A stretch of DNA of 28,501 nt from contig CAXGWI010000030.1 of NCBI GenBank assembly GCA_964013405.1, positions 1 through 28,501 of the forward strand. The letters run 5' to 3'. The translations under genes and the position numbers were made by a program. The stretch comes from an uncultured Myxococcales bacterium (GTDB lineage: Bacteria; Myxococcota; UBA4151). A model generated the notes under the pieces. That model was given only the letters and a program-made list of their open reading frames with translations, was not told the DNA's origin and searched no databases. Positions 1-7,218 of this stretch are shown here, one piece after another (position 1 is the stretch's first letter; every line of letters begins with the position of its first letter).

Positions 1-69
1 ACCGAGTACAACCGCCGGGTTCGGGAACTGACCCGTCGGGCTGCCCAAGCCGCACAACCCCGCTACTAG
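1..69 (+). CDS. 3' end of an upstream gene (partial, ...TEYNRRVRELTRRAAQAAQPRY*)
   Basis: Frame 1 is open from the window edge to TAG at 67-69, 16 nt before the next start. It is too short to identify. Confidence 0.4.
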   Translation, partial: TEYNRRVRELTRRAAQAAQPRY

Positions 70-85
70 TTCGCGAGCCGGCACC

Positions 86-1174
86 GTGGAGATCCACAGA
101 TTCCGTGGTGAGCCCCGGGATGTGGGGCGAGCGCACGGTCAGCGCTTTCAGCAGCCGATACGCGAGCTCGCCGCGTTGCGGGGCCGTCTGGCCATGGACC
201 GCATGGGCCTGGAAAGCCGGACAGAGCTCGTGCTCCTTGCGAACCAGCATGTTGATGTCCTCGCGCGAGCAGACCGGGATCTCTACCTTGAGTTCATCGG
301 ACTGTGCGAGGGCTCCGGGGTCAGCCCGGCCGACATGGTCATCCTGAACAACTACACCGATCTTCGGGATTTGACTCGCGAAGGCTTGTTTCCCGATGGG
401 GATGCCGGCTGCTCTGCGATCTTCCTGCCAGGGGATCCTCCAGTTCTGGGTCAGACATGGGACATGCACGCCTCGGCCCAGAGCTACGTAGAGGTCATGG
501 AGTTCGCCGTTGATTCGGCCCCCCGTTGCCTTGTGTTTTCGCTGACGGGCTGTTTCGGCATGGCCGGCGTCAACGAGGACGGCGTGGCGGTCACGATCAA
601 CAACCTCAATACCCTCGGTGCTCGCCCCGGCGTGCTTTGGCCGGCCCTGGTCCGTATGATGTTGCGGGCCTCCACCGCGGGGGAAGCAGTGGAGATCCTT
701 CGGCAGGTGGGCGTGGGGAGCGGGCATCATTATCAAGTGGCCGATCGACACAGTTTCTACGGGGTGGAAGCTCTGCCCCAGCAACAGGAAACCATCGCCC
801 GCTGGACCGCCTTTGGCGACGAGCCCATGACCTTGACCACGCCGGCCGGCGCGTTTCACACCAACCATTGCCTCGCTCCCACGAATGCGGAGACGGAGCG
901 TATTCCGAGCGTCAGCACCACCCATCGACGCTGGCGAGCGCTGGAAGCGCGTTTCCGCAGTGAGGTTGATCCCCGTCCCATCTCCCTGTGGCAACTGCTG
1001 GGCGATCGGCAGATCAGCATGCCAGCGGACCCGAATGAACCCCACAAGAGTGCGACCTGTGGCGGATTGGTGGTCGACTGGTCCGGTGAGCTACCGGAAC
1101 TTTGGGTCTGTCGGGGGCCGATGACCCATGCAGATGAGGTCCGGGCTCGGTTCTCGGAGCCTGGCTCGGCTTAA
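86..1174 (+). CDS. Peptidase C45 family / acyl-CoA:6-aminopenicillanate acyltransferase-like Ntn-hydrolase
   Basis: Family pattern: N-terminal G-x-P-x-x-x-G-x-x-HG, autoprocessing site G|CSAI about 108 aa in, then GQTWD, GVNEDGVAVTINNL, HTNH and S-x-x-R. GTG start. Confidence 0.85.
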   Translation: MEIHRFRGEPRDVGRAHGQRFQQPIRELAALRGRLAMDRMGLESRTELVLLANQHVDVLARADRDLYLEFIGLCEGSGVSPADMVILNNYTDLRDLTREGLFPDGDAGCSAIFLPGDPPVLGQTWDMHASAQSYVEVMEFAVDSAPRCLVFSLTGCFGMAGVNEDGVAVTINNLNTLGARPGVLWPALVRMMLRASTAGEAVEILRQVGVGSGHHYQVADRHSFYGVEALPQQQETIARWTAFGDEPMTLTTPAGAFHTNHCLAPTNAETERIPSVSTTHRRWRALEARFRSEVDPRPISLWQLLGDRQISMPADPNEPHKSATCGGLVVDWSGELPELWVCRGPMTHADEVRARFSEPGSA

Positions 1175-4100
1175 GACAGTCGCCGCTGCAATAGGTCGAG
1201 CCCCCGGGCCAGTTCTTCGCTTGTCACATTGAGGGCCGGCACGATGGAGAGACCCGTGCGGCGTTGTTTGACGACCAATCCGGCCGCAGCCAACTCCTCG
1301 GTGAACTCTTGGGGGGCGTCGCAGGGGACGAAAGCCTGCAGACCGCAGGACGTCGCACCGGGCAGGCCCGCCATGGCCTCGGCGAGCTGATCGCTGCGCT
1401 GCTGGAGGTCTTCCCGCAAGCGATAGGCCCCCCGAAGGTGGTGATTACACCGGATCATACTCAGTTCATCACCATCCCAAGTACTGATGAGTTGCAGTGG
1501 TTTTTCGACCCAGGCCTCGTCGGCGCAAAAGACCAGGCCAAGCTGGCCTCCGGTGTACCACCAGACCTGGCTGGGCTGGAGCGGGGTGGCATCGCTAAGG
1601 AAGCAGTGCTGCGCCGAGCCGCGAAAGCCACCGGTGCTGGTCTCGACAACGCAAACCTTGAGGCCGGCCTGGCGTCGGGACTCGAGCCCTTCGAGGTAAG
1701 CGTCGCTAAGTTGGAGGCCGCTTTCCTCGCCAAAGATTTCGCAGACGAGGGCCAGGACTTTGCCTTCGTGGGCCTGGAGCGCTGTATCGAGCGCCTCTAA
1801 AGCCGCGGCGGTGCCCACCGCGGCTGGATGGGGAAGGCTGGGCCAATTAAAGTAACCCTCGCGCCCCCAACTGAGACTCCGGGCCGCAGCGGTGGTGTGA
1901 CCCACGTAGGTGCCTTCGAGACTGAAGACCACCTGGCCTTCCCGGTGATTGTACTTGAGGGCGCGTAAGCCCTTGTCGACCATCTCGTCTCGGCCGCTGG
2001 TGTAGAGAACGTGGTCACAGCCGCGGGGGCGGAGGGCCTGGAGCGTTTCGGCGAAGCGAATGGTATCTGGGGTGCTGAAGTTACACAGACTGAGTTTATT
2101 CGAGATGGCACCGCCGAGACTGCCCCGGTTGGCTGCTGCGACCAACGTGGGCGGGCGCGGACCCAGGGGGCGCTGCAGCCCATGGGCTAGATCGATGCCA
2201 TCGAAATCGCTGGTTTCTGGGATCTCGATCGCGCCGGGACGAAGGGGGATCCGGTAGTAGTCACTTTGGCCCTCCGGTTCGCCATATTGGCCATCCAGTC
2301 TTTGGACGAGGTGGGCGCCTACGCTCCGGTTGAGGGGCGCCATTTCCCGGGTCCCTCCCACTCGGTTGCGTCCGACCACCCAATCGAAACCCGCCTGATA
2401 GGCCGCATCGAGTTGGGCTGATTTGAGAACTCTTCCAAGGCCTTGCCCCCGGAAGCCCGCGCCCGCGAGCATCTCTAGGGAGTAGAAGCTCGTGCCTTGG
2501 CCCCAAGTCGGATCGCTGTTGCAGCCGTCGACGCCTGGAAAGCCCTCAAGCGCTGCGCCCATGGAGAAGGCAGCGAGTTCGCCGCCGGGCGCGAGGATGA
2601 TGTGACCGATGAATCCCGGCAATTCAGCGAAGCCTGTCAGTCCGGCTGGTGTTTCCCGCCGGGCTGGCTCGTAAGCTTCGGCTTCGAGAACCATGACCTG
2701 GTCCATAAGCTCGTGAAGTCTTGGCAGGCTGAGTTCCTCAAGGCGGAAGCCGCCGGGGAGACCGCTTCGGGGCGGACGCCATGTCCCCCGGGCTTGCCAG
2801 GGGCTCGGTGCTAAGGTCGCTACGGCTTCGGCGAAGGCCGCCGGGTCGTTGAAGCCACCGACGTCGTCGATCATCTGCTGAAGACTCTCACGCAGGGCGG
2901 TCATCAGATCGGTCCACTGGGCCTCGGTCATGGCTGCGTTGAGGCGAAAGCGGAGGGTGTTTTGCCCGGCGATGTAGGTGAGGTAGCCCCGCCAAAACCG
3001 CTCGCTAAGCATTCGGTTAATCACGGCCCCTGACGGCAGGTCGATGGCCCAAGCAAGACCTCTTCCGCGGACTCTTGTAATCAATCCAGCGGGAAGGCTT
3101 GATGCCAAATCATCGAGCCCTCTCGATGCAAACTCGGCAATAGCCTCCGTGGGTGTCGCTTCAAAGATCTCAAGGTGGGCGAGCCCACGACGGGCGCTTG
3201 CCGCCTGGACTTCCCCGGGTTCCGGATCAGGCCAACGGCTCAGCACCACACCCAATTGGGCCTTCTTCGCCAGGCTGACGAGATCCGGTGCGTCCGCTTC
3301 CCCGTTTTCATCTTCGAGGGCCAGCGCTGCGTGCCAGAACAACTCGCCAGAAAGGCCCATGCCCGTTTGGACTTCGTCGACGATGAGGGGCACATCATGG
3401 CGACGGCAGAGGGCCAGCAGGCCGCTCAGAAACCGGGAGCTCAGGTGATTGTCGCCGCCCTCGCCTTGCATCGCTTCGATCAGCACTGCGAAGACCGATT
3501 CTGAGGCGAGGGTCGCCTCGGCCTTGAGGAGGATCGCAACCTCCTCCTCGAAAAGGGCAGCAGCCGATGGATCGAGCGTGCCGATAAAATCCTGCCAAAG
3601 GGCGGGCTGACTCGAGGCAGTGATCGGCTTCGTTCGCCAGGCTTCGACCCAGCCTTCCGGCATGGGCGGGATGATCTCCGGCTCGATCTGGCGGGGGTAG
3701 GCCAGCCAGCAGGCTTCGAAGCCGGCCAGTTCAAAGGGTTCTCTTTTGACCGGATTCCAAGTGCCGTGGAGGGGGAGGAGGGTCCGGCCGTGGAAGCTGC
3801 CTTTGAAGGCCAGGAGTTTGTGCCCACCACGCCCTTGGCGGCGGGCGATGTGCAATGCTTTCTCATTCGCCTCGGCCCCCGAGTTTGCGAAGGCGACGTG
3901 GTCGAAATGACCATGGGCTCGAATCTTGAGGGCGTTGGCGAAATCCTCGAGAGCATCCACGGTCTCGTCGGTGGGGTCGGGATTGGCAATGGGCTCGTCG
4001 CCGAAGCGCCCCAAGGCCATGCTCTCGAGGACGGCCGGCGGGTTGAGCCCCCACGCATGGGTCGCGATCTGAGAAGATGCGTCGAAGAAGACCAGTGGTT

Positions 4101-4509
4101 CCTGGTCGATGGACGCGAGCAGGGGGCCCGAGGAGCGACCATGGTCGATGACCGCCGGTTTGCGCTCGTTCAGCGGCGAAAAAGCCATGTCCCCGTAGTA
4201 ACGTTGAAGCCACGCTTCTGAGCGCGGCATCGCCTTTGGGCTGTGGGGGCTCGTCACCGGGCGCAGTCGAAAAAGGCCCGGGCGCAGCTCGGCCAAGGCT
4301 TCGATTCGGCCCAGCAATCGGTCCAAATCCGCTGGGCTGGCCAACTCGGCTCGAGGGATCCGTGCGAGCCCTGCATTGTCCAGCAATCGCCCGGCCTCGG
4401 CCGATAGGCGATCCCACTGTAGAAGGAGGTCACCGCCTTGGGTTTCCACCAGTAGACCGTAGGCCTGACAGGCCTCGGCCAATTCCTGCTCAAGGATCAA
4501 CGAGTCCAT
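1171..4509 (-). CDS. Fusion protein (1112 aa): class-III PLP aminotransferase (lysine 6-aminotransferase/GABA-AT-like) + GNAT acetyltransferase + degenerate second aminotransferase domain
   Basis: Aminotransferase motifs FANSGAEANEKAL, FKGSFHGRT, EAMQGEGGD, DEVQTG (3361-3378) and DLVSLAKKAQ (PLP Lys at 3265-3267). GNAT motif A is FRGQGLG (~2434-2454). A C-terminal aminotransferase-like repeat follows. Start moved from 4803 to ATG 4509 because AGGAG lies 7 nt upstream and this removes the overlap with the divergent gene. Confidence 0.85.
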   Translation of the reverse strand: MDSLILEQELAEACQAYGLLVETQGGDLLLQWDRLSAEAGRLLDNAGLARIPRAELASPADLDRLLGRIEALAELRPGLFRLRPVTSPHSPKAMPRSEAWLQRYYGDMAFSPLNERKPAVIDHGRSSGPLLASIDQEPLVFFDASSQIATHAWGLNPPAVLESMALGRFGDEPIANPDPTDETVDALEDFANALKIRAHGHFDHVAFANSGAEANEKALHIARRQGRGGHKLLAFKGSFHGRTLLPLHGTWNPVKREPFELAGFEACWLAYPRQIEPEIIPPMPEGWVEAWRTKPITASSQPALWQDFIGTLDPSAAALFEEEVAILLKAEATLASESVFAVLIEAMQGEGGDNHLSSRFLSGLLALCRRHDVPLIVDEVQTGMGLSGELFWHAALALEDENGEADAPDLVSLAKKAQLGVVLSRWPDPEPGEVQAASARRGLAHLEIFEATPTEAIAEFASRGLDDLASSLPAGLITRVRGRGLAWAIDLPSGAVINRMLSERFWRGYLTYIAGQNTLRFRLNAAMTEAQWTDLMTALRESLQQMIDDVGGFNDPAAFAEAVATLAPSPWQARGTWRPPRSGLPGGFRLEELSLPRLHELMDQVMVLEAEAYEPARRETPAGLTGFAELPGFIGHIILAPGGELAAFSMGAALEGFPGVDGCNSDPTWGQGTSFYSLEMLAGAGFRGQGLGRVLKSAQLDAAYQAGFDWVVGRNRVGGTREMAPLNRSVGAHLVQRLDGQYGEPEGQSDYYRIPLRPGAIEIPETSDFDGIDLAHGLQRPLGPRPPTLVAAANRGSLGGAISNKLSLCNFSTPDTIRFAETLQALRPRGCDHVLYTSGRDEMVDKGLRALKYNHREGQVVFSLEGTYVGHTTAAARSLSWGREGYFNWPSLPHPAAVGTAAALEALDTALQAHEGKVLALVCEIFGEESGLQLSDAYLEGLESRRQAGLKVCVVETSTGGFRGSAQHCFLSDATPLQPSQVWWYTGGQLGLVFCADEAWVEKPLQLISTWDGDELSMIRCNHHLRGAYRLREDLQQRSDQLAEAMAGLPGATSCGLQAFVPCDAPQEFTEELAAAGLVVKQRRTGLSIVPALNVTSEELARGLDLLQRRLS

Positions 4510-4614
4510 GACCCTGCTCCTAGGATGGCCCGGCTTCCATGGAGGCCCAACTGCCCGTTGTCCAGCCCCAAGCACAAAATCACGGGGGGCTGGTGCAGTC
4601 GCGCCGGGAACCTG

Positions 4615-4620
4615 TATGAT
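4615..4620 (+). promoter_or_regulatory. Candidate sigma70-type -10 hexamer (TATGAT) for the Cys-rich lipoprotein gene
   Basis: TATGAT lies 19 nt upstream of ATG 4640, ahead of a GGAG RBS (4630-4633). No clear -35. Confidence 0.35.
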
Positions 4621-4639
4621 GGTCCGGCTGGAGTTCCCC

Positions 4640-6598
4640 ATGATACGTCGAGCCTTGCCACTTGTTTTGTTGTTGGGATGTGTGTCTGAACAGGTGGTCG
4701 TGCGCGAAAGGGCGGCCACCTGCGGCAACGGTGAAATCGAAGAGGGCGAGGCCTGTGATGACGGCAACAAGGAAAACACGGATCTGTGTACCAATGCCTG
4801 CACCTTTGGTCACTGCGGTGACGGGGTCACTCGGAGTGACGCACTTCCCGGCGACGAGCATTTTGAGATGTGCGACGACGGCAACGACGATGACAGCGAC
4901 GCCTGCCTAACCCATTGCATCCTCAGTCGTTGCGGTGATGGCTTTTTGCGGATGGACCTCGCCGAAGGTGAGGACGGCTATGAAGCCTGCGACGACGGCA
5001 ATGAAGATCATGGCGACGAATGTACCAACGATTGTCTCCCGGCTTTTTGCGGTGATGGGATCCGTCGCACCGATCGTCAGGAAGGCGAATCCGGGTTCGA
5101 AGCTTGCGATGATGGTAACGACTTCGACCTCGATGACTGCCTGAGCGATTGTCAGTTGCACCGCTGTGGTGATGGTGTCCTCGGGCCCGATGAAGGCTGC
5201 GACGACGGTAACGAGGACCCCACAGACGGTTGCATCAACTGCGTGCCCGCAGAGTGTGGTGACGGCGTCGTTCAGTTGGATGAGCTCTGCGATGACGGTA
5301 ATGTGGACGACACGGATGGTTGTCGGGCCAACTGTACCCCGGCCCGATGTGGCGACGGGGTGGTACGGGCCGATGATCTGGCCGAGGCCTGCGATGATGG
5401 CAATCAAGATGACCAGGATGGGTGCACGAGTGGCTGTGTCGTCGCCCGTTGTGGCGATGGGATTCAGCGGGTGGACCTTGAGCCCGGCGAGGAAGGCTTC
5501 GAGGCCTGCGACGACGGGAACGATGACTCGACCGATCACTGTCTAGAGTCCTGCGTCTTGGCCTTCTGTGGCGACGGCATCGTGCGGGCCGATGGCGAGG
5601 CAGAAGCCTGTGACGATGGCAACCAAGAGGACCTGGATGCCTGCACCAGCGCATGTGTTCCAGCTCGCTGTGGTGATGGCATTCAGCGAGCCGACCTGGA
5701 GCCTGGTGCTGAGGGCTTCGAGGAATGCGATGACGGTAACGATGATGCTTCCGATCACTGCTTGAACGGTTGTACCCTGGCCCGCTGCGGCGACGGTGAG
5801 ATCTGGGCGGGACGGGAGGAATGTGATGATGGTAATCAGATCAATGTGGATGACTGTACCAATGCTTGTCGCCTCGAGCGCTGCGGCGATGGTCAACTCC
5901 GGGAAGGCATCGAAGTCTGCGATGATGGCAACGCCCAGGACGATGACGCTTGCACCAATGAATGCCTGCCAGCTCGCTGCGGTGACGGCATTCTCCGCCT
6001 CGATCTTGCCGAGGGTGAAGCGGGGTTTGAGATTTGCGATGATGGCAACCGGTCTAACAACGACGACTGCTTGAACAACTGCCAAGAGGCGGTGTGTGGT
6101 GACGGTGTGATCCGACAGGATTTAGAGGCCGGCGAGTTTGGTTTTGAGGCCTGTGACGACGGGAACGGGTCGAACGAGGATGAATGTCTGGTGACCTGCC
6201 AGCCGGCCCGCTGCGGTGATGGTTTTGTGCGCGCGGGAATCGAACAGTGCGATGAGGGGGCCAACAACGGCAACGGGAATTGCCGGGCCGATTGCACCCT
6301 CAACTGGCAGCCGCCCGCGGTCGGGCAGCAGGGCTGTGACGGGCGTCTGGAAGGTGATTGTTGGCGGGTGTGTCGAGCCGATGCCAACAGTGCGTGGCTG
6401 GCGGCAAACAGTCGGGGGACGTACAACGCCCATCAAGCCTGCCAGTCCGTCGGCTATGCCCGGGCCAGTTCCAAAGGCGGGACCTGTGGCACGGTCTGTG
6501 GTTATTGTGGCAACGTGGGCAGGGAACATTACGACGGGGCCGGCGGGGACTTAAACCGCTTTCGCTACACCGTGCACTGGCGTTGCGAGCGTAATTAG
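4640..6598 (+). CDS. Lipoprotein (652 aa) with 15 Myxococcus-type cysteine-rich repeats (DUF4215-like) and a ~95-aa Cys-rich C-terminal tip domain
   Basis: Signal peptide and lipobox MIRRALPLVLLLG|C, then 15 CG[DN]G..E.CD[DE]G[NA]....C...C units. GGAG RBS 6 nt before ATG 4640, preferred over the track start at 4508. Confidence 0.9.
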   Translation: MIRRALPLVLLLGCVSEQVVVRERAATCGNGEIEEGEACDDGNKENTDLCTNACTFGHCGDGVTRSDALPGDEHFEMCDDGNDDDSDACLTHCILSRCGDGFLRMDLAEGEDGYEACDDGNEDHGDECTNDCLPAFCGDGIRRTDRQEGESGFEACDDGNDFDLDDCLSDCQLHRCGDGVLGPDEGCDDGNEDPTDGCINCVPAECGDGVVQLDELCDDGNVDDTDGCRANCTPARCGDGVVRADDLAEACDDGNQDDQDGCTSGCVVARCGDGIQRVDLEPGEEGFEACDDGNDDSTDHCLESCVLAFCGDGIVRADGEAEACDDGNQEDLDACTSACVPARCGDGIQRADLEPGAEGFEECDDGNDDASDHCLNGCTLARCGDGEIWAGREECDDGNQINVDDCTNACRLERCGDGQLREGIEVCDDGNAQDDDACTNECLPARCGDGILRLDLAEGEAGFEICDDGNRSNNDDCLNNCQEAVCGDGVIRQDLEAGEFGFEACDDGNGSNEDECLVTCQPARCGDGFVRAGIEQCDEGANNGNGNCRADCTLNWQPPAVGQQGCDGRLEGDCWRVCRADANSAWLAANSRGTYNAHQACQSVGYARASSKGGTCGTVCGYCGNVGREHYDGAGGDLNRFRYTVHWRCERN

Positions 6599-6625
6599 GC
6601 AAAGGGGAGCCGGTGAGGGCTCTCG

Positions 6626-7144
6626 ATGCACCCTAAGAATTCCTTTCATTTACGACTGTTGTTTCGAGTCGCGAGCGGCTTGTTCCTCTTGGTGGGCCCC
6701 TGCGTCGCCTACAACCTCTACGATGCCCAGGCCCTCAACGGCCAGTTGGTCGCCGAAGGTCATGAAGTCGAAGGGGAGGTCCATGCTTTAGCCGATGTGA
6801 GTGGCACGGGTGGCGTCCAGTACTCCAAAGGCAAGGACCGCTGCGCATTTACCGCACGCTTTCGTCCCTCCGAACGGGGAGACACCGTATTGGAGTGTCA
6901 GGAGACCTTTGATTATCCCTGCCCAGCCCTCGATGATGTTCGGGAAAGCACCGTGACCTTTTTGCCCAGCGACCCGAGTCGGTGCCGCATTCTGCGCAAG
7001 GCTGCCATCGCCGCAGACGGTGAAACCGGCAGTTCTCTGACAACCTTGCTTTGGATTTTGGGTCTTGCACTCGTGGCCTTCCTGGCCTCCTTCATTGCCC
7101 CAAAACCCGGTCAAACGACGGACGACTCACCAGTCGAAGGTTGA
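6626..7144 (+). CDS. Hypothetical membrane protein (two TM segments flanking a Cys-containing beta-rich domain, DUF3592-like topology)
   Basis: Hydrophobic segments near both termini (LLFRVASGLFLLVG; LLWILGLALVAFLASFIA). It fills the gap between two co-oriented genes. Confidence 0.65.
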   Translation: MHPKNSFHLRLLFRVASGLFLLVGPCVAYNLYDAQALNGQLVAEGHEVEGEVHALADVSGTGGVQYSKGKDRCAFTARFRPSERGDTVLECQETFDYPCPALDDVRESTVTFLPSDPSRCRILRKAAIAADGETGSSLTTLLWILGLALVAFLASFIAPKPGQTTDDSPVEG

Positions 7145-7175
7145 ACCCTCGCAGGGGCTCGGTTATCGCCTAAAT

Positions 7176-7192
7176 CCGGCATGGGGCTTGCT
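7176..7192 (+). promoter_or_regulatory. Candidate sigma54 (-24/-12) promoter upstream of top6B
   Basis: CCGGCATGGGGCTTGCT versus consensus YTGGCACG-N4-TTGCW, with exact GG-N10-GC spacing and TTGCT. It is intergenic, with a predicted TSS near 7203, ~16 nt before ATG 7219. Confidence 0.6.
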
Positions 7193-7218
7193 CGTGTCTG
7201 GGCAAAACGGGGGGACTG

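Noticed and set aside
86..4509. Beta-lactam biosynthetic cluster (lat-like plus penDE-like genes)
   Set aside because: No ACV synthetase, isopenicillin N synthase or other NRPS genes are nearby, and both families are widespread outside beta-lactam producers.
4508..4803. Apparent 296-nt head-to-head overlap of the 1210-aa and 696-aa ORFs
   Set aside because: This is an artefact of longest-ORF calling. RBS-supported starts at 4509 (-) and 4640 (+, lipoprotein signal) leave a normal 130-nt divergent gap.
6605..6624. Hairpin GGGAGCC-GGTGAG-GGCTCTC as a terminator after the first Cys-rich gene
   Set aside because: The stem is short with a G-U pair, has no U-tract and abuts the next start codon, so it cannot be supported as a terminator.
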